DNA of 64,000 nt from Candidatus Eiseniibacteriota bacterium (lineage in GTDB: Bacteria > Eisenbacteria > RBG-16-71-46), in the NCBI GenBank assembly GCA_963717935.1, contig CAVQXP010000002.1:288001-352000 (forward strand), in the 5' to 3' direction. The notes under the pieces were generated by a model. The model had not been told where the DNA came from, searched no databases, and worked only from the letters and a program-made list of their open reading frames with translations. The position numbers and the translations under genes are program-made. Below are positions 29,053 through 39,523 of this stretch, one piece after another (the first letter of the stretch is position 1; each line of letters starts with the position of its first letter).

Positions 29053-30300
29053 ATGGGACAGGTGGCAAGGACGTACGTGGGCCTCGACATCGGCACCACG
29101 AAGATCTCCTGCATCATCGCGGACACCGGCGGCAACGGGACCGAGGAGTTGCGCGTGGTGGGGGTGGGCACCGCGCCCAGCGAGGGGTTGCGCCGGGGCG
29201 TGGTCGTGGACCTCGAGAAGACGGTGGCCAGCATCCAGCGCGCGGTGGACGAAGCCGAGCGCATGGCGGGGATACCGGCGAAGGGGGTCTACGCGGGCAT
29301 CGCCGGCGACCACATCCGCAGCATCAACAGCCGCGGCGTGATCGCGGTCTCGCGGCGGGACAACGAGATCGGCAGGGCGGACGTGGACCGGGTGATCGAG
29401 GCTGCCAAGGCCATCGCGATCCCCCTGGACCGCGAGATCATCCACGTCATCCCGCAAGAGTACATCGTGGATGACCAGGACGGGATCAAGGACCCGGTCG
29501 GCATGAGCGGCGTACGGCTCGAGGCCGAGATCCACATCATCACCGGGGCCGTGACCTCTGCCAAGAACATCTGCCGCTCGATCCAGCGGGCCCACCTCAA
29601 GGTATTCGACCTGGTCCTCGAGCCGTTGGCCTCGAGCCACGCAGTGCTGGACGACGACGAGCGCGACCTGGGCGTGGTCCTGCTCGACATCGGCGGTGGC
29701 ACGACCGACGTCGCGGTGTTCTACGAGGGCTCCATCCGCCACACGGCGATCGTGCCCTTCGGCGGCGCGAACGTGACCAATGACATCGCCATCGGCCTGC
29801 GCACGCCCATCGACAAGGCCGAGGCCATCAAGATCCAGCATGGCTGCGCGCTGGCCTCCCTCGTCCCGAGCACGGAGTCGATCTCCGTCTCGGGCGTGGG
29901 CGGCCGCGCCGACCGGGAGATCGCCCGGCACGTGCTGGCTTCGATGATCGAGCCCCGCATGGAGGAGATCTTCCAGTTGGCCAACAAGGAGGTGAAGAAG
30001 AACCACTTCGCGGAGTTGCTCGGTGGCGGGGTCGTCCTTACGGGCGGTACCTCGCTCATGCCGGGCGTGACCGAGCTGGCCGAACAGGTGTTCGAGATGC
30101 CCGTGCGGCTGGGGGCTCCCCAGGGACTGGGAGGGCTTTCGGCCAACGTCGCCGACCCGCGCTTCTCGACCGGGGTGGGGCTCGTGCTCCATGCCCTGCA
30201 TGCCGAGAGCGGCGAGGACGGCAACCGCGAGCGGCGGGGCGGGGAATCGCGTCCGTCGTTCGATCCGCGTCGCTGGTTCAAAGGCCTTTTCTACTCGTGA
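29053..30300 (+). CDS. ftsA: Cell division protein FtsA
   Basis: GLDIGTTK, DIGGGTTD, GGANVTNDI, VVLTGG. Confidence 0.96.
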   Translation: MGQVARTYVGLDIGTTKISCIIADTGGNGTEELRVVGVGTAPSEGLRRGVVVDLEKTVASIQRAVDEAERMAGIPAKGVYAGIAGDHIRSINSRGVIAVSRRDNEIGRADVDRVIEAAKAIAIPLDREIIHVIPQEYIVDDQDGIKDPVGMSGVRLEAEIHIITGAVTSAKNICRSIQRAHLKVFDLVLEPLASSHAVLDDDERDLGVVLLDIGGGTTDVAVFYEGSIRHTAIVPFGGANVTNDIAIGLRTPIDKAEAIKIQHGCALASLVPSTESISVSGVGGRADREIARHVLASMIEPRMEEIFQLANKEVKKNHFAELLGGGVVLTGGTSLMPGVTELAEQVFEMPVRLGAPQGLGGLSANVADPRFSTGVGLVLHALHAESGEDGNRERRGGESRPSFDPRRWFKGLFYS

Positions 30301-30417
30301 GCGTGATGCATGTCCGTCCAACCATCACCGCCTGATCCCCATGGAGGAAGCCCGGGACGACGCCGTCGTGGACGGAGTCGCCGGGTCCGGCAAGGGAAGG
30401 CACAGGGAGTCGTGCCC

Positions 30418-31545
30418 ATGTTCGAACTCGAGATCGACAGCACCGCCTCAGCCAAGCTCAAGGTCATGGGAGTGGGGGGGGCCGGTGGCAACGCCGTGAA
30501 CCGCATGATCGGGTCTGGGCTGCGCGGCGTGGAGTTCATCGTCGCGAACACCGACGTGCAGGCCCTGAACCAGTCGCTGGCACCCCACCGCATCCAGATC
30601 GGCAAGGCCACGACGCGCGGCCTGGGCTCGGGCGGGGATCCCGGCCGGGGACGCCTCGCCGCCGACGAGGACGAGCAGACCATCGCCGACGCGCTCAGCG
30701 GCAGCGACATGGTCTTCATCACCGCCGGGATGGGCGGTGGCACGGGCACCGGCGCGGCGCCGGTGGTGGCGCGGCTGGCCAAGCAGAGCGGAGCGCTCAC
30801 GGTAGCCGTGGTCACCAGGCCCTTCACCTTCGAGGGCCGGCGCCGTCTGCGGCAGGCCGACGACGGCCTCGCGGAGCTGCGCTCCGAGGTGGACACGCTC
30901 ATCATCATCCCGAACGAGCGGCTGCTCGCGGTGGTCGAGAAGGGCACCACGCTCACGGACGCCTTCGGCGTGGCCGACGAGGTGCTGCTCAAGGCCACCA
31001 AGGGCATCTCGGACCTGGTGACGGTGCCGGGGCTCGTGAACCTGGACTTCGCCGACGTCAAGGCGGTCATGTCGAACCGGGGCAACGCGCTCATGGGCAC
31101 GGGGCGCGCCTCGGGGCCGGGCCGGGCGCTGGAGGCGGCGCAGTCGGCCGTCGCGAGCCCGCTGCTCGAGGACGTCTCGATCAGCGGCGCCGAGGGTGTG
31201 CTCGTGAACATCACGGGCGGTCGCGACCTGACGTTGCACGAGGTGAACGAGGCGGCGAGCGTGGTGGTGAGCGCGGCTGGCGAGGACGCCAACGTCATCT
31301 TCGGCGCGGTCATCGACCCGAACATGGATGGCGAGATGATGATCACCGTCATCGCCACGGGCTTCGGTCACGAGGCTCCGCGGGCGCGCGCCGACAAGAG
31401 CCGCGGAGCGGAGACCGAAGGGCACCGGCATTCGCAGCCGTGGAAGGAGGAGGTGGGCGTGGGGACCCGCGACCGCTGGGGGAACGGCGGCCGCAATGGC
31501 GATTCCCTCGAGGTGCCCGCCTTCCTGCGCAGGCAGATGGACTAG
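30418..31545 (+). CDS. ftsZ: Cell division protein FtsZ
   Basis: [25 protein letters not shown]-terminal [12 protein letters not shown]. Confidence 0.97.
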   Translation: MFELEIDSTASAKLKVMGVGGAGGNAVNRMIGSGLRGVEFIVANTDVQALNQSLAPHRIQIGKATTRGLGSGGDPGRGRLAADEDEQTIADALSGSDMVFITAGMGGGTGTGAAPVVARLAKQSGALTVAVVTRPFTFEGRRRLRQADDGLAELRSEVDTLIIIPNERLLAVVEKGTTLTDAFGVADEVLLKATKGISDLVTVPGLVNLDFADVKAVMSNRGNALMGTGRASGPGRALEAAQSAVASPLLEDVSISGAEGVLVNITGGRDLTLHEVNEAASVVVSAAGEDANVIFGAVIDPNMDGEMMITVIATGFGHEAPRARADKSRGAETEGHRHSQPWKEEVGVGTRDRWGNGGRNGDSLEVPAFLRRQMD

Positions 31546-31557
31546 AGTGGCAGTCGC

Positions 31558-31583
31558 GGGGGCGCGGCTCGAGCCGCGCCCCC
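31558..31583. other. 26-bp perfect palindrome/hairpin after ftsZ (no U tract)
   Basis: GGGGGCGCGGCTCGAGCCGCGCCCCC. Confidence 0.6.
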
Positions 31584-31620
31584 CGAACCCACCGCGACGC
31601 GAAAGGAACGGATTCCGGCC

Positions 31621-33276
31621 GTGTTCACGAACCTCCTCAAGTGGGGCCACAACCGCCACTACAACCGCGGTATGGTGCATTTCAACCGCGGCGAGTACGG
31701 ACAGGCGGTCGCCGAGTTCGAAGCCGTGCTGGGCGAGGTGCGCGATCCAAGCAACCCCGACCACAGCCTGGCGCTGTGCTATGCCGCCGAGGCGCGGGCG
31801 AATCTCGGGCTCGCGTTCTTCCACGCCGGGCAGTACGCCAGGGCGGAGGAGCAGTTCTCCAGGGCGCTGGAGGAGAACCCGACCTTCCCCGACCTGCGCT
31901 ACTACCGGGCGCGCATCTTCCAGCGCTCGGGCCGCCTGAAGGAGGCGGTCGCCGATCTCGAACGGGCCCTGGCCGAGCACCCGCGCTACGTCGAGGCGCT
32001 GCTGCTGCTGGCCGTGTGCCGCTCGCAGCTCGACGAACGCGAAGGCTCGGTCCAGGCACTGACCCAGGCGCTGGCGCTGGGTGTCGAGTTGCCCGCAGGG
32101 TTGGTGGCCTCTCGCGCTTCGGAGTGGGCGGCCACGGACTGGCAGGGACTGCTGACGGTGCCGGCGGGCGGCGCAGCGCCTTCGGCCGCGCACCTGGACC
32201 GGGCGCTCGAGCGCTACCATGCGGGCGATCTCCCCGGCTCCATCGCCGAGCTCGAGCGGGGGGTGGCCGAGAATCCCGGCTACGCCGATCTGCGCTGCCG
32301 GCTGGGCGGCCTGCTGCTCGAGGCCGGGCAGATCGAGGAGGCGCTCGGGCAATTGGATCACGCGCTGCGCGTCAACCCGCGTTACCTCGAGGCCCGCTTG
32401 CTGGCCGCACGCGCGCGGCTCGAGCTGGGCGGAGCGCGCGAGGCGATCGTGCATCTCGAGGCCGCGCTCGAAGCCTTCCCCGACTACCCGGACCTGCACT
32501 TCTGGCTCGGGCTGGCCCGCTTCCGCGCGGGCGAGCTCGAGGCGGCCGTGGCCCCGCTCGAGCGCGCGGTGAAGCTCAACCGGCAATTCGCGCGGGCGCA
32601 GCGGCTGCTGGGGCTGATCTACCACGCGCTCGGCCGGCACGAGGATGCGCTGCGCTCGGTGCGGCGCGGACTGGTGCGCGACCGCGAGATCCCGCAGGGC
32701 GTCCTGGACCAGGTCTCGCTCGCCCTTGCCGTGAACGACGTGACCGGGATGGAGGAGGAGATCCAGCGCGCTCTCGCGGTCCAGCCCGACTACCCGGACC
32801 TGCAGCTCGCTCTGGCCCGCGCCCGGCGCGCGCAGGGCCGCCTCGAGGGCTCGCGCGAATCCTACCGCAAGGCGCTGGCGCTGCGGCCCGGGTACGACCC
32901 TGCGGCGCTCGAGCTGGCGGCCGTGGAGCTCGCGCTCGGGCGCACGGCCGCGGCCGAGGAGTTGCTCGGGGGCCTGGTCGCGAGGCACCCCGGCTGGCCC
33001 GATGCGCAGGCCCAGCTGGGGCGTGTGCGCCTGCTGCGCGGGGACGCAGCCGGGGCCGAGGGGCCGCTGCGGGCGGCCATCGCCGCCAACCCGCTGTACG
33101 CGGTCGCGCGCGCCGATCTGGGCTGGGCGCTGCTCGCACAGGCGCGCACCCGCGAGGCCGACGAGGAGTTCGCGCAGGCGCTGGAGTTGGACCCCCTGCA
33201 CGCCCTGCCGCGCCAACAACTGAAGTGGCGCGAGTTCCTGGCCGTGAGCCGCCAGGAGCCCTCCGGCCGGCCATGA
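31621..33276 (+). CDS. Tetratricopeptide-repeat protein
   Basis: Many repeats of A..L.P.Y.D/EA...LG (NPTFPDL, HPRYVEA, NPGYADL, QPDYPDL). Confidence 0.9.
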   Translation: MFTNLLKWGHNRHYNRGMVHFNRGEYGQAVAEFEAVLGEVRDPSNPDHSLALCYAAEARANLGLAFFHAGQYARAEEQFSRALEENPTFPDLRYYRARIFQRSGRLKEAVADLERALAEHPRYVEALLLLAVCRSQLDEREGSVQALTQALALGVELPAGLVASRASEWAATDWQGLLTVPAGGAAPSAAHLDRALERYHAGDLPGSIAELERGVAENPGYADLRCRLGGLLLEAGQIEEALGQLDHALRVNPRYLEARLLAARARLELGGAREAIVHLEAALEAFPDYPDLHFWLGLARFRAGELEAAVAPLERAVKLNRQFARAQRLLGLIYHALGRHEDALRSVRRGLVRDREIPQGVLDQVSLALAVNDVTGMEEEIQRALAVQPDYPDLQLALARARRAQGRLEGSRESYRKALALRPGYDPAALELAAVELALGRTAAAEELLGGLVARHPGWPDAQAQLGRVRLLRGDAAGAEGPLRAAIAANPLYAVARADLGWALLAQARTREADEEFAQALELDPLHALPRQQLKWREFLAVSRQEPSGRP

Positions 33277-33279
33277 AGA

Positions 33280-33312
33280 GGCCCCGCCGCCGGGAAGAGG
33301 CGACGGGGCTTC
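33280..33312. terminator. Probable hairpin terminator between convergent TPR gene and rpmB
   Basis: GCCCCGCCGCC...GGCGACGGGGC stem between converging stops. Confidence 0.45.
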
Positions 33313-33327
33313 GGCGTGGGAAGGCGG

Positions 33328-33546
33328 TTACGCCGTGGCCGGCTTGCGGACGTTGCGCACTGCCTTCGTCACCTTGCCGCTGCGGATGCACCGGGTGCAG
33401 ACGTCCAGGTTCTTGACCCGGCCGTCCACCAGCGCTCGCACGCGCTGCAGGTTGGGATTCCAGATCCGCTTGGTCAGGTTGTGAGCGTGGCTCACGTTGT
33501 GGCCTGCCATCGTGCCCTTCCCACAGATATCACATCGCTGAGCCAA
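33328..33546 (-). CDS. rpmB: 50S ribosomal protein L28 (zinc-binding CxxC form)
   Basis: MAQRCDICGKG...GHNVSHAHNLTKRIWNPNLQ...VCTRCIRSGKV; TTG start after AGGAGG. Confidence 0.95.
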   Translation of the reverse strand: MAQRCDICGKGTMAGHNVSHAHNLTKRIWNPNLQRVRALVDGRVKNLDVCTRCIRSGKVTKAVRNVRKPATA

Positions 33547-33599
33547 GGAAAGACCTCCTACCATCGAATCACGGTCCATCGGAGCCGAACAAGCACCGG

Positions 33600-33628
33600 A
33601 CTCTATCAGGGCGGCCCGGGGCTGTAAA
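33600..33628 (-). promoter_or_regulatory. sigma70-type promoter of rpmB
   Basis: Minus strand TTTACA-N17-TAGAGT with TGn extension. Confidence 0.6.
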
Positions 33629-33795
33629 GCGGCTCGCGGGGCTCTCGATTCCCGGGCAAGAAGCGGCCGCGGGACGAGAAGACATCCTGCCGGCCGCTGC
33701 GCTGGTCGCACGGGCGCCGCGACGCGGCCACGCAGGCCCATGACGTCGGAAGGGAACGGGCCGGGGGTTCCAGCACCCGCCCCGGATGTGCGAGA

Positions 33796-35931
33796 GTGGC
33801 GGCCACCATGACGGCTCCTCCAGCCTCGTCTCGCCGCCCCTCCCCGGGGAAGCCGCCGCTCGAGCCCGCATCGCGGTTGCAGTTCCTGCCGGGGGTGGGC
33901 CCCCAGCGCGCCGAGGCCTTCGCGCGCCTCGGCCTGTCCACGCTCGAGCACCTGATGCGCCACTACCCGCGCACCTGGCTCGATGCGCGCCGCTTCGTGC
34001 GCATCGCCGAACTGCGGCCCAACGAGTTGCTGACCGTCGAGGGCATCGTGCACAGCGCCGTGGCCATCCGCACGCGGGCCGGGCGCACCGACTTCCAGGT
34101 CGCGCTCGACGACGGCAGCGGCGCCTGTCTCCGGCTCTACTTCTTCGGCCAGCCCTTCCTCGCGCGCACGCTCCAGCGCGGCGTGCGCGTGGTGGTGAGC
34201 GGTGAGCTGGACCCGCTCGAGCGGCGCATGCTCAACCCGCTCTTCGAGGTGGTCGAGGGCGAGATGGAGGCCCTGCTGCACGTCGGTCGGCTGGTGCCCG
34301 TGCACGCCCTGACCCGCGGGATCACCGCGCGCGGGATGCGGGCCGCGGTGCGGCACGCCCTCGACGCGGCAGCCGCGACCGTGAAGGACCCCGTTCCCGC
34401 CGCGGTGGCGGAAGCGCGCGGGCTCGTGCCGCTCGCCGAGGCGCTCCCCCAGATCCACTTCCCCGAGGACGAGGCCCGCCTCGCCGCGGCGCGGCGCAAG
34501 CTCGCCTTCGAAGAGCTCTTCCTGCTGCAGGCGGTGCTCGAGTTGCGCCGGCAGGCGCTGGCCCAGGAGGGGCGCGGGAGGAGCACCGCAGGCAAGGGGC
34601 GGCTCGCCGCGCGGGCGCGGGCAGCCCTGCCCTACACGCTCACGGGGGACCAGGATCGCGCGCTCGAGGAGATCGTCGCCGACCTGAAGCGCGGAACACC
34701 CATGCACCGCATGCTTCAGGGCGACGTGGGCAGCGGCAAGACCGTCGTCGCCTTCCTGGCCGCGCTCCACGCGCTCGAAGCCGGTCATCAGGTGGCCTTC
34801 ATGGTGCCGACCGAGATCCTGGCGCGCCAGCATGGCGCGACGCTGGCCGCCCTCGCCGCGCCGGTGGGCGCGACGGTGGCGGTATTCACCGGCGCCACGC
34901 CCGCCGCCGCGCGTCGCGCGCTCGCCGCGCGGCTCGAGACCGGCGAGCCCCTGCTCGTGGTCGGCACGCACGCGCTGCTCGAGGAGAAGGTCAGGCTGCC
35001 CGACCTCGCGCTGGCCATCGTGGACGAGCAGCACCGCTTCGGTGTCCGCCAGCGTGCCACCCTGGCGCAGAAGGGCGTCATCCCCGACGTGCTCGTGCTC
35101 ACCGCCACGCCCATCCCGCGCACGCTCATGCTCGCCTGTTACGGAGACCTGGCGGTGAGCACGCTCAGGGCTCGCCCGGCCGGGCGCGGACGGCTCGTGA
35201 CCCGCGTGACCGGGGAGGAGAGGTTCCCGCAGGTGGTCGAGTTCATGGCGCGCGAGCTGGCCGCCGGCCGCCAGGCCTTCGTCGTGGTCCCGCTCATCGA
35301 GGAGGCCGGCCGTGCCGACGTGCGCGCCGCCGAGGCCGAGTTCGAGCGGCTCGCGAGCCAGCCGCTGCTCCGCTCCTGGAAGATCGGGCTCCTGCACGGC
35401 CGGCTCAAGGCCGACGCCAGGCAGTCCGTGATGGAGGCTTTCGCCCGTGGCGAGGTGCAGGTGCTGGTCACCACCACCGTGGTCGAGGTCGGAGTGGACG
35501 TGCCCAATGCCACCGTCATGGTGGTCGAGAACGCGGAGCGCTTCGGCCTGACCCAGCTGCACCAGCTGCGCGGTCGCGTCGGACGTGGCGCCCACCGCTC
35601 GGTCTGCGTGCTGGTGGCCGGGCCAGCCGCCAGCGCAACGGCGCGCGAGCGGCTCGGGCTCCTGACCACGACCACCGACGGCTTCGCGCTCGCCGAGGCC
35701 GACCTGCGCCTGCGCGGCCCTGGCGAGATGTGGGGCACGCGCCAGAGCGGGCTGCCGCGCTTCAAGCTCGTGGACCTGGCCCGGGACGAGGACCTGCTGC
35801 AGGAGACCCGCGAGGTCGCACGTGCGCTGGTGGGGGAAGACCCCCAGCTCGCGCTCTCCGAGCACGCCGCGCTGCGCGAGACCTTGCTCGCGCACTACCG
35901 CGAGCCGCTCGAGGTGGCGCTCATCGGGTGA
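33796..35931 (+). CDS. recG: ATP-dependent DNA helicase RecG
   Basis: LPGVGP, QGDVGSGKT, VDEQHRFG, TATPIPRTL, EVGVDVPNA, LHQLRGRVGRG; start may be ATG 33808. Confidence 0.95.
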   Translation: MAATMTAPPASSRRPSPGKPPLEPASRLQFLPGVGPQRAEAFARLGLSTLEHLMRHYPRTWLDARRFVRIAELRPNELLTVEGIVHSAVAIRTRAGRTDFQVALDDGSGACLRLYFFGQPFLARTLQRGVRVVVSGELDPLERRMLNPLFEVVEGEMEALLHVGRLVPVHALTRGITARGMRAAVRHALDAAAATVKDPVPAAVAEARGLVPLAEALPQIHFPEDEARLAAARRKLAFEELFLLQAVLELRRQALAQEGRGRSTAGKGRLAARARAALPYTLTGDQDRALEEIVADLKRGTPMHRMLQGDVGSGKTVVAFLAALHALEAGHQVAFMVPTEILARQHGATLAALAAPVGATVAVFTGATPAAARRALAARLETGEPLLVVGTHALLEEKVRLPDLALAIVDEQHRFGVRQRATLAQKGVIPDVLVLTATPIPRTLMLACYGDLAVSTLRARPAGRGRLVTRVTGEERFPQVVEFMARELAAGRQAFVVVPLIEEAGRADVRAAEAEFERLASQPLLRSWKIGLLHGRLKADARQSVMEAFARGEVQVLVTTTVVEVGVDVPNATVMVVENAERFGLTQLHQLRGRVGRGAHRSVCVLVAGPAASATARERLGLLTTTTDGFALAEADLRLRGPGEMWGTRQSGLPRFKLVDLARDEDLLQETREVARALVGEDPQLALSEHAALRETLLAHYREPLEVALIG

Positions 35932-36058
35932 GGGGCGCGCCGGGCCGGCACCCGGGGGGCTTGGACCGGGCCTGCTCCGGCCCCGTACGGCCCCCCGGCT
36001 GGCCTGGGTTCCCCTGCGGGGCGAATTGGGGCACAATGATGGCTCTGGAGGTCTGGCC

Positions 36059-36652
36059 GTGATCATCGCCTGTCCGAACTGCTCGACCGGCTACATGCTC
36101 CCCGAGCACCTCGTGGGCCCGGGGGGCGCGCGGGTGCGCTGTCCGCGTTGCCAGCACCTGTTCGCCGTCGATGCGGATGGATCGCCCGCGGCGCCTGCGG
36201 CACCTGCGCCCGGGGCTGCGCCGTCCGAGCGCCCGCCCGAGGCGGTGGCGGAAGCTCCTGCCGCCGCGGCTCCTGCTGTCGCCGCCGAGCCTCCTGCTGT
36301 TGCCGAGCCTCCTGCTGCTGCCGAGCCTGCCGCTGTTGCCGAGCCTCCTGCCGCTGCCGAGCCTCCTCCCGCCACGGCAGTGGAGCCCGAGGCCGAGGCG
36401 AAGTCCGGAGCCGAAGGGCACCTGGTGGTCGCGCGAGCCGTGCTCGAGCAGCTGGCCGTGCACGAGGGCGAGGCGATCGAGCGGGCACAGGCCGAGCACC
36501 GGTTCTTCACCGAGTTCGGCCCGGCGCTGATGGTGGCCTACGAGACCTACCGCCGCCGCGTCGGAGATGACGCCGACCCGAGCGCGTTTCGTACGGCCCT
36601 GCGCGAGCGCTGGGGCGTCGAGCTGGTTCCGCTCACGACGCGCGAGGGGTAG
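36059..36652 (+). CDS. MJ0042-family zinc-ribbon protein with Ala/Pro linker and helical C-terminal domain
   Basis: IACPNCSTGY...VRCPRCQHLF; GTG start after GGAGG. Confidence 0.8.
   Translation: MIIACPNCSTGYMLPEHLVGPGGARVRCPRCQHLFAVDADGSPAAPAAPAPGAAPSERPPEAVAEAPAAAAPAVAAEPPAVAEPPAAAEPAAVAEPPAAAEPPPATAVEPEAEAKSGAEGHLVVARAVLEQLAVHEGEAIERAQAEHRFFTEFGPALMVAYETYRRRVGDDADPSAFRTALRERWGVELVPLTTREG
36284..36373 (+). repeat. 18-bp coding tandem repeat, 5 copies (AEPPAV/AEPPAA)
   Basis: GCCGAGCCTCCTGCTGTT-like units starting 36284, 36302, 36320, 36338, 36356. Confidence 0.9.
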
Positions 36653-36724
36653 GCATCCCGCGGCTGCAGGGCCCCACTCCACACGTCGAGCGAAGGCGCG
36701 GCGCCCGCCCACCGGGTGGCACGC

Positions 36725-39523
36725 TCAGCGCCGGTCGAGCGCCCGGCGGACCAGTCTCGAGAGTTCCGCCATCGCGACCGGCTTCATCGCGAACTCGTCG
36801 ATCCCCTGCGCCCGGGCCGTCTCCGCCGTGATCCTCTCGCTGTAGCCGGTGCACAGGATGACGGGAAGGTCCGGTCGGAGGTTCTTGAGACGTTGCGCCA
36901 GCACGTCCCCCGTCATGCCCGGCATCGTCATGTCGGTGACCACGAGGTCGATCGCGCGCGGGTCTGCGGCGAACGTTTCCAGGGCCTCGGGCGCGTTCGC
37001 GCAGGCGGTGGCTCGATAGCCCAGCTCGTTCAGCTGGGCCACGACCATGGCGGCCACCTGGGGTTCGTCATCGACCACGAGGATGCGCCCGGTGCCCGTG
37101 AGGAGCGGTTCCGGCGCCGGGTTGCCGGCCGGCGCCTCCCGCTCGACCAGGGGCAGGAAGACCTCGAAGGTCGTCCCCTTGCCCGCCTCGCTCTCCACGG
37201 TGATGGTCCCCTGGCACCGCGTCACGATGCCGTGTACCACGGCGAGCCCCAGGCCCGTGCCCTTCCCGCACTCCCGGGTCGTGAAGAAGGGCTCGAAGAT
37301 GCGCGCCTGGACCTCGCGGGTCATCCCGTGCCCCGTGTCGCGCACCGTGAGCCGGACGAACCGCCCGGGAGACACGCCCGCGTGCCTCGAGGCGAACGAC
37401 GTGTCCAGGTCGACATCCGCGAGCTCCAGGCTCAGCAGGCCGCCGTGGTCCCGCATGGCGAACGCGCCGTTCGTGCAGAGGTTGACCACGACCCGGTGGA
37501 TGTCGGTCGGCTCGGCCAGGACGACCGCATCCGACCGGATGTCCGTCCGGATCTCCACCGTGGCGGGGATGCTGGCCCGCAGGAATTTCGCCGCCTCCTT
37601 CACGATCAGACTGACCTGGACGGGTTGCTCCTCGCGCTGCGCGTGACGGCTGAAGGTCAGGATCTGCTTGACCAGGGCGGCGGCCCGCCGGGAACCCAGC
37701 AGGATGGCCTGCAGGTCCCGGTGGATCGCCGAATCCTCGGGGCACTTGCGCAGAGCCATCTGCGTGTACCCGAGGATGGCGCTCAGGATGTTGTTGAAGT
37801 CGTGGGCGATGCCGCCCGCCATGGTCCCGATGGCCTCGAGCTTGTCGGCCTGCGCGGCGTGTCCCTCCAGCTCCAGCTGCCGGGTGACGTCACGTCGCGC
37901 CGAGACCTGCCCGACGATGTGCCCGTCGGCGTCCTGGATCGGGGAGATGCTCGCGTCCTGCAGGATCGTGCGGCCGTCCCTGGTGCGGTTGCTGAAGCGG
38001 CCATGCCAGGTCTGCCCGCTCGCGATCGTGGTGTCGATCAGGTCGTAGAAGCCTCTGTCGTGATCGCCGCTGTCGAGGAACCTGGGGGAGCGGCCCAGCG
38101 CCTCGTCGCGCGAGTATCCCGTCGTCCGCTCGAAGGCGGAGTTCACGTAGGTGATGATGCCTGCGGCGTCGGTCAGCATGATGTCGTCCGCCGCCTGCTC
38201 GACGGCCGTGGCGAGGATCGCGAGGTGCTGCGCGGCCCGTTTGCGCTCGGTGAGGTCGCGGATGAACGAGAAGTTGTAGATCTCGCCGCCGAACTCCAGA
38301 TAGCCGGCCGTGATCTCCACCGGCACGAGATTCCCGGCCTTCGTGCGGAACTCCGCCTCGAAGGTGTACGACTGCTGCTGCCGGAGCCGGTCCCAGTGCG
38401 CGGCCCAGTTCTCCGGGGTGCGCCCGTGGTTGACGTCGAAGGCGGTCAACCGGAGGAGCTCCTCGCGGGGATAGCCGAGCAGGCGGCACGCCGCGGCGTT
38501 CGCATAGCAGATGGAGGCATCCGGCCGGAGCCAGAAGACCGCGTCCGCGGCGATGTCCACGGAGTGCTGCGCCAGGCGCAGCGACTGCTCCGTCCTCCTG
38601 CGCTCGGTGATGTCGCGGAAGCTCATGACGATCGAGGGTGGACCTGACGGTGCCGCCAGGCACTTGCCGACCACTTCGAACGTGCGCCACGAGCCGTCCT
38701 TGTGACGGGCCCGCAGCTCGATCACCGGGCTCGTGGCGCCGGGATCCTGCACCAACCGGGCGAGGTCCTGCGAGACGCGCGCCAGGTCGTCGGGGTGCAG
38801 GAGGTCGAAGGCATTCCGGCCCACCAGCTCCTCGCGTCCGTAGCCGAACACGCGCTCGACCGACGGGCTCTCGAAGCGGATGGTGCCGTCGGCATCCATC
38901 AGCGTGACGACATCGGAGACGTTCTCGATCACGGAGCGGAAGTGGCTCTCGCTCGCCCGCAATTCCTCCTCGGCCTGCTTCTGCTCCGTGAGGTCGCGCT
39001 GCGTGCCCCAGCCGCCCACCAGGCCGCCGTTCTCCACGAGGCCGACCACGTGGTTGCGGACGAAGAACGGTCGGCCGGCCCGGTCGTGGTCCGTGGTCTC
39101 CAGGCCGGAGAGCCGGAAGCCCGACCGGACGAACTCCAGGGCGGTCCCGAGCTGCTCGTCGTGGGAGCCGGGCATCAGGTCGGTGAGGTGGCGACCGACC
39201 AGCTCGCCGGGCCGCTCGAAGCCGTGGCGGCGGGCGCAGGCCCGGTTGCACTCGGCGAGGCGGCCGCGCTCGAGGATCGCCGCAGCCAATTCGTCTTCGG
39301 GCAGGTCGAGGGGCACCGGCGGGTCGAGTTCGAAGCGCCAGATGCCGTCGGCGGCGGTGGCCACGAACCAGCGGTAGCGCTGCTCGGTCATCCACGACGA
39401 TGCCGCGGACGGTGCGGCTCCGGAAGGTTCCCGTCCCCCTTCGTCCCGAATCGGGTCCACTCGCCGGAGTGTCCCCTCCACCTCCCCGGACGATTCCTCG
39501 GGGTGGCATGCCCATTCGTTCAT
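36725..39523 (-). CDS. Soluble multi-PAS hybrid sensor histidine kinase (PASx4-HisKA-HATPase-REC)
   Basis: Repeated RDLTE/RDITE/RDVTR PAS ends, AGGIAHDFNNIL, VVNLCTN, FEPFFTT, GTGLGL, ILVVDDE...TDMTMP...KP; ATG 39523 after GGAG. Confidence 0.9.
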   Translation of the reverse strand: MNEWACHPEESSGEVEGTLRRVDPIRDEGGREPSGAAPSAASSWMTEQRYRWFVATAADGIWRFELDPPVPLDLPEDELAAAILERGRLAECNRACARRHGFERPGELVGRHLTDLMPGSHDEQLGTALEFVRSGFRLSGLETTDHDRAGRPFFVRNHVVGLVENGGLVGGWGTQRDLTEQKQAEEELRASESHFRSVIENVSDVVTLMDADGTIRFESPSVERVFGYGREELVGRNAFDLLHPDDLARVSQDLARLVQDPGATSPVIELRARHKDGSWRTFEVVGKCLAAPSGPPSIVMSFRDITERRRTEQSLRLAQHSVDIAADAVFWLRPDASICYANAAACRLLGYPREELLRLTAFDVNHGRTPENWAAHWDRLRQQQSYTFEAEFRTKAGNLVPVEITAGYLEFGGEIYNFSFIRDLTERKRAAQHLAILATAVEQAADDIMLTDAAGIITYVNSAFERTTGYSRDEALGRSPRFLDSGDHDRGFYDLIDTTIASGQTWHGRFSNRTRDGRTILQDASISPIQDADGHIVGQVSARRDVTRQLELEGHAAQADKLEAIGTMAGGIAHDFNNILSAILGYTQMALRKCPEDSAIHRDLQAILLGSRRAAALVKQILTFSRHAQREEQPVQVSLIVKEAAKFLRASIPATVEIRTDIRSDAVVLAEPTDIHRVVVNLCTNGAFAMRDHGGLLSLELADVDLDTSFASRHAGVSPGRFVRLTVRDTGHGMTREVQARIFEPFFTTRECGKGTGLGLAVVHGIVTRCQGTITVESEAGKGTTFEVFLPLVEREAPAGNPAPEPLLTGTGRILVVDDEPQVAAMVVAQLNELGYRATACANAPEALETFAADPRAIDLVVTDMTMPGMTGDVLAQRLKNLRPDLPVILCTGYSERITAETARAQGIDEFAMKPVAMAELSRLVRRALDRR

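Noticed and set aside
3601..33219. Many long antisense or alternative-frame ORFs (e.g. 3601-6378, 16787-18658, 30448-33219)
   Set aside because: Expected in very high-GC DNA; Arg/Ala/Pro/Gly-rich, no motifs, and they overlap well-supported genes.
36029..36044. GGGCAC-N5-TGGC as a sigma54 promoter
   Set aside because: Poor -12 element, and the implied TSS would fall downstream of the RBS.
33328..36066. 912-aa minus-strand ORF ending in L28
   Set aside because: Antisense shadow of recG; the real rpmB starts at TTG 33546 with its own RBS and promoter.
36284..36373. Tandem repeat as possible CRISPR array
   Set aside because: No spacers, in-frame within a CDS, no cas genes.
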